Below, one piece after another: positions 31,187 through 40,760 of a DNA stretch of 64,000 bases. The notes under the pieces are model-generated. The model was not told where the DNA came from, searched no databases, and saw only the letters and a program-made list of their open reading frames with translations. Each line of letters begins with the position of its first letter. The stretch's first letter is position 1. The stretch covers positions 62,001 to 126,000 of the forward strand of contig CAXGAI010000003.1 in assembly GCA_964007735.1 (NCBI GenBank), read 5' to 3'. Source of the stretch: an uncultured Rhodopirellula sp. Its GTDB lineage: Bacteria > Planctomycetota > Planctomycetia > Pirellulales > Pirellulaceae. The translations under genes and the position numbers were made by a program.

Positions 31187-31375
31187 TTACTGAGCCGATT
31201 CGGCTGGCACAGGGACAGCTTCATCGCTCACGATCACTTCACCTTCATAGGTTTGGCAGCCGTTCGAGCGGAACAATCCGCCTTGCAATAAAGGACGTTG
31301 CAACAGAGGACGGCAGCAGCCAATGGTACTGAGAGTCAGAACCCCAATCAGGCCTAATATGAATAGCCGTTTCAT
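31187..31375 (-). CDS. Small putative lipoprotein (62 aa)
   Basis: GGAG RBS then MKRLFILGLIGVLTLSTIG-C (lipobox-like); tandem RPLLQ. Confidence 0.65.
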   Translation of the reverse strand: MKRLFILGLIGVLTLSTIGCCRPLLQRPLLQGGLFRSNGCQTYEGEVIVSDEAVPVPAESAQ

Positions 31376-31604
31376 CTTGAAATCTCCGTGGATTCGCGTA
31401 TTTATGTAATTAAAAAATTTAGCCACAAAAACGTACCTCACCAGCGTTCCCCACGTCGTATGTTTATCAGCTTTTTCATGTTTTTTACCGGTTGCCTAAT
31501 CGTTATAACCTGAACTTAATGAAACCTGAGGTGAACCGACAAGAAATAGTTAACCAAACACATATGTCTACCCGAGGAAAACGAATAGACCGCAGGCTAA
31601 AGAC

Positions 31605-32492
31605 ATGATACCCGTCGCATATTACAACTCCGAACTCATTAATCGCGATGAACTCTCGATCGACATCAGCGATCTGGGTTTCATTTTGGGTACGACCATA
31701 AGTGAAAGACTGCGAACCTTTGGCGGACAATTGTTTGAACTTGATGCGCATCTGACACGACTTCAGCAAAGCTTGGATATCACCCAGCTATCTCCCAAAG
31801 AATCCCTCAGCGAGATCAAAGAGGCTGCCGTTACTCTCGTCAACAGAAACCATTCTCTGCTCGAACCAGGCAGTGACCTGGGCTTAGCTATTCTCGTCAC
31901 ACCGGGGATCTCAAAAAATGGCGGATGCAACGTCCTCATGTACACAGATGAATTACCCTTCAAACAAATGCGTGAATGGTACCAGAACGGGATAGCATTA
32001 CAGGTCAGCGACCATCGACAGGTACCCGCTAATTGCTGGCCACCGGAACTTAAGTGTCGCAGCCGCATGCACTATTATCTGGCAGATCTACAGGCGAATC
32101 AGAGACAGGCCGGCGCACGAGCGCTCATGTTAGACCAAAATGAAAACGTCGCCGAAGTATCTACCGCCAACGTTCTCATCTACGAACACGACAACGGCCT
32201 CGTAAGCCCGGAAGCTGGACAAATTCTCTCTGGAATAAGCTTGTCGGTGGTCGAGACATTGGCGGAAGAAATAAATATTCCGTTTTCACGAGAAAATATC
32301 ACGCTCGATCGGCTGATGAATGCGGACGAAGTCCTACTTTGCAGCACTTCGCCCTGTGTCTGGAGTGCTAGTCAGTGTAATGGGAACGAAATTGGAGCGT
32401 TCTCCAAGAAAACGACTACCAACCGATTACAACAGGCATGGAGTGGGCGCGTCGGAATGGATATCGTCGCTCAGGCATACAGGCAAAGTTAA
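31605..32492 (+). CDS. PLP-dependent aminotransferase class IV (IlvE/Dat/PabC-like)
   Basis: ERLRTF, HLTRL, PPELK (PLP Lys), AEVSTAN, LSGIS, ADEV. Confidence 0.88.
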   Translation: MIPVAYYNSELINRDELSIDISDLGFILGTTISERLRTFGGQLFELDAHLTRLQQSLDITQLSPKESLSEIKEAAVTLVNRNHSLLEPGSDLGLAILVTPGISKNGGCNVLMYTDELPFKQMREWYQNGIALQVSDHRQVPANCWPPELKCRSRMHYYLADLQANQRQAGARALMLDQNENVAEVSTANVLIYEHDNGLVSPEAGQILSGISLSVVETLAEEINIPFSRENITLDRLMNADEVLLCSTSPCVWSASQCNGNEIGAFSKKTTTNRLQQAWSGRVGMDIVAQAYRQS

Positions 32493-32500
32493 CGCATAAC

Positions 32501-32534
32501 AAAAAAACTCTGGCCGGAAAGGCCAGAGTTTCTT
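32501..32534. terminator. Bidirectional intrinsic terminator between convergent genes
   Basis: AAACTCTGGCC-GGAAA-GGCCAGAGTTT perfect stem flanked by an A run and TTTCTT. Confidence 0.85.
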
Positions 32535-32626
32535 CGAAGGAAACGTGAGGATACCATCCTCTGGGTTTATTTCGCTACCGAACTGTTATGGCTAACAGTC
32601 AGGCGAGCATTATTTACGACCATCGT

Positions 32627-35600
32627 TTAGAGGTCGTCCGCATTGATACCTGTCTGACGTTTCTCTTCCTCTTCCTGGATAATAATTCGCGGGGTAACCA
32701 TCATCATCAGACTCTCGGTATCGCGACCGATACCAACATTCTTAAATAGTCTGCTGATATAAGGTAGTTGAGCAAGAATCGGGATACCACGCTCCGAACG
32801 TCCCTCCGCCAATCGCTTAATACCACCGAGTAACACAGTACCGCCATCTGGTACGCTAACCGTGGTTGATACCGACGTAAAGTTAAAGGTGGGTAATTGC
32901 ACCGTCGTACCACGTGTGGTCGTCACAGCATTGTCACGATTCACGGGATTTCCATCAGGATCCAGAACAGTTTCTCCGGAACTGGTAGTGGTTTCACCAT
33001 CAAAGGTGAACTCTTCCACCTCACCGATCCGACTGAAAAACGGCACCATTGTCAGGCGTACAAACCGTTTATCGTTGGAAACAACGGCCTGAACACTCAT
33101 GGTGGTACCTTCACCAAGAACGACAATAATAGGCTGATGAGCAACTGCAAAGTCGCCAACAACCGGAGATAGGCCTGTCACAAATGGCCGCTGACTGAGA
33201 TCACTAACCGAAGCGGTTTGCCCATTGAACAACGTCACTTTAGGAGCCGTCAAGACGTTACTTCGAGTATCACCCTGAGCTACTTCTAGCAGGAAGAACA
33301 CCTCAATATCACTCAGAATAGCAAAGCCAAACTGAGCAGCAGTACCGGCATCGTAAGCTCCAAACATTGGAATCGCCGAGTTATAGGCATCGTTCTGATC
33401 GAATACCATATCCAAATCGACCGTAGGACCTTGGCTATCCATACCAAACATTACTGAATTTCCCGAATCGTCTTGGATTTGAGAGGGATCAACGTTGTCA
33501 TCGATCTCAAAATCAAAGTCGACACCTATTCGTTCAAAGAAGTTGTCCGTTAAGGTAATCATCCGAACTTCGATCGTAACCTGCAGGTCCTGAGATTTAC
33601 GTAACTGTTCGAGAAGATCACGAATCTCTTCATGGACTTGCTGGGTAGCACTGACCACAAGACTAAGGTTACCGGGGAAAGGAGTAATCGTACCTGCCCC
33701 GCCCATATCATCCCAGGTATCAGGCTGAATCGTATCTTTAATCAGGGACATCAGAGTCTCAAAGTCAGCCATTGCTGCCCCCCCCTGTCCTCCTGGAGTA
33801 ATCGTTGGATTATTCCCAAGTGAACTTGCCCCCGGAAGGAGATCGTCCAATGGCATCTGAGAGAGGACTGACGTATTCGGTTGCCCCGGAAGCAGATCTG
33901 TAGATGCCATGGTCAAAGGCATTGAAGCAGCACCATTCATCGCACCGAATCCTTGAGGAGCCATAACATCATGTGCATCGCGAATTGCCGAAGGTAAACC
34001 AACATTGAACCCAGGAACGAAGTTAGGAATACCAATGACCAGATCCGCCACGTTGTAAACCTCCTGATAAACATCCGTATCGCGAGCCTGCTCACTGGTG
34101 ATTAACAACACCTCATTCCGGATGACATAACTCAGCCTTAATTCCTCAAGGATCAGGTTTAATGCACTTCGAAGGGAGACTGGCTGTGACAATGCAATCG
34201 AAACCGGAGTTTCACTGGCCACACCTTCTGCATTCAAACCGGCTCGATCGATATGAACGTTGACACCGGTCATCCGAGCAAGAGTGTCTAGAACAACACC
34301 CAATGGCTGATTTTCAAAATTCACATCGACAGGCTCTAACAAAGCCTGCTGAATTTTCATTCCAGCAGGGGAGAGATGTGTTCCATTACGTTCCATCATT
34401 TTCCGTCGCGAGGCGGTCAGGTTGCCCCAGTCCTGCGAATCTCCAAACTGGAATGGACGACGTGTATCCATCGGAAGCTTAGAACGATCAACATCATCGA
34501 GAGCATCATAGGTTGCCTGCTCATACTGATTCTGAAAGGTATCAATCGATGCATGGCGTCGAGCAAACCTACTCTTCCACTCCATATTCTTAACCACCGA
34601 TTCGTTAGGAGCAATTTCACGGGCCTGTTTGGCAATCACTTCAGCTTCTGCATAACGACGTTCATCTAATAACGTATTGAACTGGTCCACTAGCGATGCG
34701 ATTTGATCACGACTACCTTGCAATTCTTTCTGCTCTGTACGAATCCGAGCCAGGGTAGCTTGATTTTCTTCATCGAGCTCAATATCGACAATATTGGCAT
34801 CGAGGTAATTTTCCAAGCTAGTGATATTACGATCAACAATCGCCAGTAAACGGCGTTTATTAGACTGATCTAATTCGGCAGCTTCGACCTGACCACGAAG
34901 ACCTAGGAGCTTTTCCAAAGCACCCTTAGGATCATCCTTAGCCAATTCATCAGCCAACTTTTGCTCTACCATAATCTGACTAAACAACTGTTGTCGCACA
35001 AGATTTTGACGAGCATCAATTTGGTTTAACGGGTTGTTGGCATCGACTGCTGGAGCAACGGGAATAACAACCGCGGAAACCAATCTAATCTTATCCTGCA
35101 ACTCCGTTCGGAACGCCGGATCTAGGTTAGACTGGAATTTCCATGCCTCCTGAAACTTCGCCAACGCACCACGCTGGTCCTGCTGCTGAAGAGCTGCAAT
35201 TCCTTCGCTATACAATCGCTGTGCTTCAGCACCCGCCTGCTCGTTACCAGCAAACTGCCTCTCAGCATTCCCACCGTTGGCATTGGCTACGCGGACATTC
35301 GTATTATCATTCACCGGATTAAAAACACCGAGTGCGACATTACCCTGTCGCTGAAGTCGAGCCAACTCTAAACGAAACTGCCAAGGCCGAGGCTCATTTC
35401 CGACAAATGCTTCATCCGGAACCTGCAACGATTCCGCCTGTGCCACAAACTGGGAGGCAGCACTATAATCACCACGATCCAAGGCCGTTCTGGCAATACT
35501 TAACAACTTCAAGACCTGCTGCTTAGCACCATTTTCACCAATCTGCAATTGAACTGGTTTTTTAACAGCTTTCGCATTTTGAATTTTAGCGAGAAGAACG

Positions 35601-36433
35601 TCAGGAGTTTGTTCGAACTGCTGGTACTGCACGGGCATGGTCGACGCCTGACGCACCAACTTTTCTGCAACTTCCAACTCTCCATACTGCATAAGCCCAT
35701 TCGCCTGATCGAGCAAAAACCGAGCAAGCATTCCATTGAATTTTTGGGGGTCAGCTCTGAGTTGAGCATTCTTCGCAAAGTACTCGGCATTCCTAACAAG
35801 CGACTCTACCTTTTCAAGACTGTCACCATTCGGACCGGTCACAAAACCTTCATTCTTAGCCTGTCCTACTAACTGACCCGCCAACTGCCAGTTACCGGAA
35901 GCCAATACTTTACGCACTTCCACCAAACCGTTTTTACGAGAAACAGGTAACTGGACCTGACTAGCGGCAGCTTCGGTTTGAGTCGTATAGGGATCCGCTG
36001 GCGGCAACTCCGAATTCACGTTCAACTGAGAAGGACGTTCTTGCTGCGTCTCAGATGCTGCTATCGCATTACGAACCTTCTGAGGTGTGTCTTCAAAACG
36101 AACTGTCAAAGCATCATACTGAGGATTCAACTGTTCAGCACGAACAACGTAGTTCCTGGCTAATGCAATATTCCCTTCCGCTAATGCTTGACGTGATAAG
36201 CGAAGCCATTTGGCAGCTTCTGCTCTAACCGTTTTTGCATCTAGCGACGCCTGCGAATAAATCACTCGAGACAACACAGCTCCGGGCTGTGTCGCTTGAG
36301 CCATCTCACAAACAGGCGTCCCGAAAATAACACCTGCCACCATGGTCGCGATCGCGACATGTCTAACTGGCTTCAAAGCTAATCTCCTGTAGCAGCACTG
36401 TAATTTTTTTAGGGGAGTTTTTTGTTTTTTCAT
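32627..36433 (-). CDS. Very large secretin (GspD/PilQ superfamily) with N-terminal TPR-like repeats
   Basis: C-terminal QVTIEVR, NVLTAPKVTLFNGQ, TTVSVPDGGTVLLGG, GIPILAQLPYISRLF, MMVTPRII; STN-like and N3-like (SLVVSATQQVHEEIRDLLEQLR) domains. Confidence 0.9.
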   Translation of the reverse strand: MKKQKTPLKKLQCCYRRLALKPVRHVAIATMVAGVIFGTPVCEMAQATQPGAVLSRVIYSQASLDAKTVRAEAAKWLRLSRQALAEGNIALARNYVVRAEQLNPQYDALTVRFEDTPQKVRNAIAASETQQERPSQLNVNSELPPADPYTTQTEAAASQVQLPVSRKNGLVEVRKVLASGNWQLAGQLVGQAKNEGFVTGPNGDSLEKVESLVRNAEYFAKNAQLRADPQKFNGMLARFLLDQANGLMQYGELEVAEKLVRQASTMPVQYQQFEQTPDVLLAKIQNAKAVKKPVQLQIGENGAKQQVLKLLSIARTALDRGDYSAASQFVAQAESLQVPDEAFVGNEPRPWQFRLELARLQRQGNVALGVFNPVNDNTNVRVANANGGNAERQFAGNEQAGAEAQRLYSEGIAALQQQDQRGALAKFQEAWKFQSNLDPAFRTELQDKIRLVSAVVIPVAPAVDANNPLNQIDARQNLVRQQLFSQIMVEQKLADELAKDDPKGALEKLLGLRGQVEAAELDQSNKRRLLAIVDRNITSLENYLDANIVDIELDEENQATLARIRTEQKELQGSRDQIASLVDQFNTLLDERRYAEAEVIAKQAREIAPNESVVKNMEWKSRFARRHASIDTFQNQYEQATYDALDDVDRSKLPMDTRRPFQFGDSQDWGNLTASRRKMMERNGTHLSPAGMKIQQALLEPVDVNFENQPLGVVLDTLARMTGVNVHIDRAGLNAEGVASETPVSIALSQPVSLRSALNLILEELRLSYVIRNEVLLITSEQARDTDVYQEVYNVADLVIGIPNFVPGFNVGLPSAIRDAHDVMAPQGFGAMNGAASMPLTMASTDLLPGQPNTSVLSQMPLDDLLPGASSLGNNPTITPGGQGGAAMADFETLMSLIKDTIQPDTWDDMGGAGTITPFPGNLSLVVSATQQVHEEIRDLLEQLRKSQDLQVTIEVRMITLTDNFFERIGVDFDFEIDDNVDPSQIQDDSGNSVMFGMDSQGPTVDLDMVFDQNDAYNSAIPMFGAYDAGTAAQFGFAILSDIEVFFLLEVAQGDTRSNVLTAPKVTLFNGQTASVSDLSQRPFVTGLSPVVGDFAVAHQPIIVVLGEGTTMSVQAVVSNDKRFVRLTMVPFFSRIGEVEEFTFDGETTTSSGETVLDPDGNPVNRDNAVTTTRGTTVQLPTFNFTSVSTTVSVPDGGTVLLGGIKRLAEGRSERGIPILAQLPYISRLFKNVGIGRDTESLMMMVTPRIIIQEEEEKRQTGINADDL

Positions 36434-36826
36434 TCCCTGAGACCTAATTCACCCTCTGAATAGAAATGCCCTTCGAGGCATCTCTTTTCCTTTGGTTTCC
36501 TAATTCGTTTCCTTAAAACCCTTGTTTTCCTGACTAAACCTCCCCCCGGACAGTTTAACCAGCACTGAGTTAGGTCGAAACTTCACAGCCCTTCCTAACT
36601 CATACGAGGGGTAATTAATCTACTTTTGAAAACCGGTCAACATCAGTTTCCATGAAGTGCAGAAAACTTTTACCCGTTTGTCCGCGATTCGAAGAAGCAA
36701 CTATCGGTCTCGCGGCCATTTTTGTTAGCAGAAAGAATCCGATCAGATCTGCCTTCCCATGACCTTTAAGATCGGTCATGATTTGCATCTTTGGGAAATG
36801 CCACCTTTATCACTAGCTGCGAAACC

Positions 36827-37822
36827 ATGTCGAGCCGCAAACAAAAGTCGTCTCATGCCTGGGCCATGTCCCTGATAATGCATGTCACTTTACTGTTTAC
36901 GATTTGTTTTCTTTGGACACATCAATCTTTACGCGGGATCGCCGAATCTGAAGCTGAAAAACCTGTTGGAATCGTTATCGCCAGCACAACCTCCGACTCC
37001 AATGCCATCGAATACTTTGACAAGACGACCTACTCCGATGAACCAAAAGGAACTGAACCCTCTGAGGCTGAAACAAATACACTAACTTTTAAACAGCCAC
37101 TGCCACTTCCTGATATTGATTTGCCAGGCCTGGATTCTCTCGCAAGCAATTCGGCCGTCACGCCTGCGAGCAATGCGCTCAACGGTGGAAAACTAGCTGA
37201 TGGTCTGCCAACGATCGGGCCATCAAGCGAACAGGTTACCAGAGAACAAAGCAAACTTCCTAGCAATGTAAGTCGCGGGCCCACCGGGGAAATTTCGATC
37301 TTCGGTGGGCAGGTTGCTGCGGGCCACGACTTCGTCTTCGTCATCGACCGCAGCAAAAGCATGGGCGGGCAAGGACTCAATGCACTCGTGGCAGCACAGC
37401 AACAAATCACTCAATCTTTGGCTGGGTTAAAAGAAAACCATCGTTTCAACATCATAGCCTATCATCACCGCCCAACATACTTTCAAGCAGGCAACGATAT
37501 GGCCACCTCCAACAAATCGAATATCAAAAACGTCAATGATTTCTTCAACGGCCTGGCTGCCTTTGGAGGAACCGATCACGAGATGGGCATTATCGCTGCA
37601 TTACGCTACAAACCTGATATCGTCTTCTTCTTAACCGATGGAGGCGATCCCTATTTGAATCAAGCACAAATATCAGACCTGCGAAAATATTGCGGTGGTC
37701 GCACTTCGATCTACAGTGTTCAGTTTGGTTTCGGACCATTACCTGAAAAGCAAAACTTCATGAGAAGACTCGCTGAAGATACCGGCGGACACTTCCATTA
37801 TGTGGACATGCGGAAAAGATAG
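36827..37822 (+). CDS. Membrane-anchored von Willebrand A domain protein
   Basis: TM SLIMHVTLL, Pro/Ser-rich linker, MIDAS DRSKS..GGT..LTDG. The track starts at TTG 36791; ATG 36827 is preferred. Confidence 0.85.
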   Translation: MSSRKQKSSHAWAMSLIMHVTLLFTICFLWTHQSLRGIAESEAEKPVGIVIASTTSDSNAIEYFDKTTYSDEPKGTEPSEAETNTLTFKQPLPLPDIDLPGLDSLASNSAVTPASNALNGGKLADGLPTIGPSSEQVTREQSKLPSNVSRGPTGEISIFGGQVAAGHDFVFVIDRSKSMGGQGLNALVAAQQQITQSLAGLKENHRFNIIAYHHRPTYFQAGNDMATSNKSNIKNVNDFFNGLAAFGGTDHEMGIIAALRYKPDIVFFLTDGGDPYLNQAQISDLRKYCGGRTSIYSVQFGFGPLPEKQNFMRRLAEDTGGHFHYVDMRKR

Positions 37823-37852
37823 ATTTATTTCCCCCAAAAGGAGCATTGTCAT

Positions 37853-38248
37853 ATGCCTTACCTGACCGTTCTGGCCATAATCATTTCTTCTTTTGCTGGC
37901 GATAATGCCAAGCCGGTATTGGAAGACCACGTTGACCTCATCGAAGTCAACCACCATTATGACAAACATGGCTGGCTCGTAATGGACCAGGTAATCTTCT
38001 ATCAGTGGTGCCCCATTCAAAGCCGATACCGTGTCAGAGACTGGAGGCCTCTCAAATCCTTTACGCAAGTCCCTTTGAAAGACTTCCGAACTGGCAAGTA
38101 TTCCACTACATGGAAAGACGGGCGTAATTACAGACGCATTACGGCTGATCAATATCGGGAAACCTGGACTGCTTTTGACCCCGAACTAATCGACTCCATG
38201 AAAGCTCCCAAACAATCTCGAAAGACTCTAACCAAACCTCGAAAGTAA
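37853..38248 (+). CDS. Small exported hypothetical protein
   Basis: AGGAG RBS; signal-like N-terminus; DLIEVNH..DQVIFY..WR..ETWT..DPE..R pattern. Confidence 0.75.
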   Translation: MPYLTVLAIIISSFAGDNAKPVLEDHVDLIEVNHHYDKHGWLVMDQVIFYQWCPIQSRYRVRDWRPLKSFTQVPLKDFRTGKYSTTWKDGRNYRRITADQYRETWTAFDPELIDSMKAPKQSRKTLTKPRK

Positions 38249-38255
38249 TCGCACC

Positions 38256-38936
38256 ATGCCCAAACACATTGTTGTAACAGGTTGTAGTCAAGGACTCGGT
38301 CTCGCGCTAATCCAAGGATTCGTTGACAGCGGACATAAAGTATCCGGCTGTTCACGAAATCCCCTGCGCATGGATGCACTGCAGAAAGAGTTTGGCGATC
38401 AACACTATTTCGAAGGGGTTGATGTCAGTAAACCAGATCAAGTGTATGCTTGGGCAAACAACTGCCTCGGTCGACAGGGCCCTGTGGATTTAATCGTAAA
38501 CAATGCCGCTATCATTAATCCGAATGCAAACATGTGGGAAGTCGACGATCAGCAGTGGTCTGAACTAATCGACATCAATGTCAAAGGGGTGTTCTATGTC
38601 TCCAAAGCGTTCCTGCCTTCGATGATTAAAGCCAACCACGGAGTGCTGGTAAACGTGAGCAGCGGATGGGGACGCTCTGCGGCAGCCGAAGTTGCAACCT
38701 ATTGCTGTAGCAAATGGGCGGTCGAAGGACTAACGCGTTCACTGGCGCAAGAATTGCCTTCCGGAGTAGCGGCAATACCTCTCAATCCGGGAGTCATTCA
38801 CACGACTCTGTTGGAAAGTTGCTTCGGCAGCAGTGCGAGTCACTTTCCCTCCCCAGAACAATGGGCCGAAGCCGCAGTACCGTTCCTATTAGGACTAAGT
38901 GCAGCCGAGAACGGTCAGCCGCTAAGTGTTAACTAG
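38256..38936 (+). CDS. Short-chain dehydrogenase/reductase
   Basis: TGCSQGLG, NNAA, SSG, YCCSK. Confidence 0.92.
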   Translation: MPKHIVVTGCSQGLGLALIQGFVDSGHKVSGCSRNPLRMDALQKEFGDQHYFEGVDVSKPDQVYAWANNCLGRQGPVDLIVNNAAIINPNANMWEVDDQQWSELIDINVKGVFYVSKAFLPSMIKANHGVLVNVSSGWGRSAAAEVATYCCSKWAVEGLTRSLAQELPSGVAAIPLNPGVIHTTLLESCFGSSASHFPSPEQWAEAAVPFLLGLSAAENGQPLSVN

Positions 38937-38942
38937 ACGATA

Positions 38943-40133
38943 CTATTCAATGTGCAGCCGTGACTCAGCGAATGCTTTCACCTGTTCGATCGACGCCAGC
39001 ATATTTCTGCGGTTTACCGAGTGAACATTAATTGGCTTCCCAATCTCCTCAAGCATGGTTAATGTCAGACGACCACCAAGGTGCTGCCGAAATTCCTCCA
39101 ACCCTCTAAAGAGTGTATCGACGTCCCCCAAAGTCGCATCCGTTAATGAAAAGCCAAGGTCAAACAAACATTGCATAACACGTTGCGCTACTGCAGAATC
39201 CAATCCGAATTCCAATGAGGAGTAAACCGTATCAATGGCAACACCAATGGCTACGGCTTCACCATGCCGTAAAGCAAAGTCACTCATTGCTTCCATCTTA
39301 TGAGCTGACCAGTGGCCATAATCGAGCGGACGTGCCTCCAACATTTCAAAGGGATCACGTCCAAGCGTAATATGATCGAGATGCATTTTTGCCGATGCCT
39401 TAATGATTGGCAACGCCCTACCCATATTACGACCGCAGATCGACTTTGCGTCAGCACAAATCTGCTCAAACACAACCGGCGATTTCAATAACGACACCTT
39501 CACAGCTTCTGAAAAACCAGCTATGAAGTCGCGATTAGAAAGCGTTGTCAACATTTCAGCGTCGTTAATAACCCCCCACGGGACTGCGAATGCGCCTAAC
39601 CAATTTTTCTTGGTAAACAAATTAACACCGTTCTTTACGCCTACGCCTGAATCCCCCTGGCTTAATGTGGTGGTTGGAATCCGGACAAGCCGCAAACCTC
39701 TGTGAGCGATAGCCGCGGCAAAGCCAACCGCATCAAGAACCGCTCCACCCCCAATTGCCACCACATAGCTGCGACGATCTAAATTGGAGACATTAAACAC
39801 TTTTAACATTCTCTCAAGGATGTGAATATCATTCTTTATTTCTTCACCACCTGGCACAAACTGAATGCTACCGACACGTTTGACCCGCTCTGGATTTGCT
39901 TCGGAAAATCTCTTCACTCGTTCAACCAGTTGTGGCGAGCCTGCAGCAACATTCTGATCGATCCAAAACTGCACCCGTGCCGGATTTTTATCCGAGGACT
40001 CAAGTAAATCAGCCAGCACTGACTGGTCTTCACCAAAGAGATCGCTTGTAAAACGCAAGCGATGCACAAACGGCACGTGAAAATCAACGTCGAGAGTATC
40101 CGAAATATGATCCATATTAAAAGCCAAGCTCAA
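38943..40133 (-). CDS. 3-dehydroquinate synthase-like sugar-phosphate cyclase (EboD-like)
   Basis: [64 protein letters not shown]. Confidence 0.85.
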   Translation of the reverse strand: MSLAFNMDHISDTLDVDFHVPFVHRLRFTSDLFGEDQSVLADLLESSDKNPARVQFWIDQNVAAGSPQLVERVKRFSEANPERVKRVGSIQFVPGGEEIKNDIHILERMLKVFNVSNLDRRSYVVAIGGGAVLDAVGFAAAIAHRGLRLVRIPTTTLSQGDSGVGVKNGVNLFTKKNWLGAFAVPWGVINDAEMLTTLSNRDFIAGFSEAVKVSLLKSPVVFEQICADAKSICGRNMGRALPIIKASAKMHLDHITLGRDPFEMLEARPLDYGHWSAHKMEAMSDFALRHGEAVAIGVAIDTVYSSLEFGLDSAVAQRVMQCLFDLGFSLTDATLGDVDTLFRGLEEFRQHLGGRLTLTMLEEIGKPINVHSVNRRNMLASIEQVKAFAESRLHIE

Positions 40134-40185
40134 AGAAGGGTGGATTTTTCCAGTCCCCTTATTTTACTCTTCCAGCTCAGCACAT

Positions 40186-40755
40186 TTAAGAGACCTCAAA
40201 GGGACTTTTCGCAACCAGCACGGCATCGAATCGCCCCTCCTGAAGCCAACCCGTTTCGTATAGAAGAATTTCCAAACCAGCGGCCAAACCTGGAAGCTCG
40301 TCATCACCAGGTAAAAACTTCCGCGGTGGTTTTTGATGACGCGTCGCGTTCGTCTGCGTTGGTTGAATCACCATCAAACGCCCGCCGGGAGCCAGAGCTT
40401 CCCTGAAATAGGAAAACAAACGCCGGTCAAAGAAAAGGTTAGTGAAAATAAAATCCCATTTCCCTTCAGGCAGACCGCCGTCCAAATCCCTACAAAATGT
40501 TGTTAACTCCACACCAGCTTCGCTAGCCCGGATAGCAGCCTGCCGCAATGCCTCAGAGGAGACATCTACAAGCGACACATCCAATCCACGTTGAGCGAGC
40601 CATATCGCATGACGGCCAGTTCCACCGGCAACATCAAGTGCCTTCCCCTCAGACGGAATCCAATGCTGATACGCTAGCACGACCTGAGAAACTTCCTGAT
40701 AAAGATCCTCCCTAGCATATTTGCGGTCCCATTTTTCCTTGTCGGATTTTGTCAT
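40186..40755 (-). CDS. Class I SAM-dependent methyltransferase (TehB-like)
   Basis: WDRKY, LDVAGGTGRHAIWLA, DVS, LAPGG. Confidence 0.85.
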   Translation of the reverse strand: MTKSDKEKWDRKYAREDLYQEVSQVVLAYQHWIPSEGKALDVAGGTGRHAIWLAQRGLDVSLVDVSSEALRQAAIRASEAGVELTTFCRDLDGGLPEGKWDFIFTNLFFDRRLFSYFREALAPGGRLMVIQPTQTNATRHQKPPRKFLPGDDELPGLAAGLEILLYETGWLQEGRFDAVLVAKSPFEVS

Positions 40756-40760
40756 AATGA

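Noticed and set aside
36566..36602. Leader hairpin as a c-di-GMP riboswitch
   Set aside because: It is too short, and I could not find the other conserved elements of class I or II aptamers.
40186..40755. Methyltransferase as a dedicated PrmC-like GGQ methylase for the adjacent RF-like protein
   Set aside because: It lacks NPPY and the PrmC N-domain and looks TehB-like.
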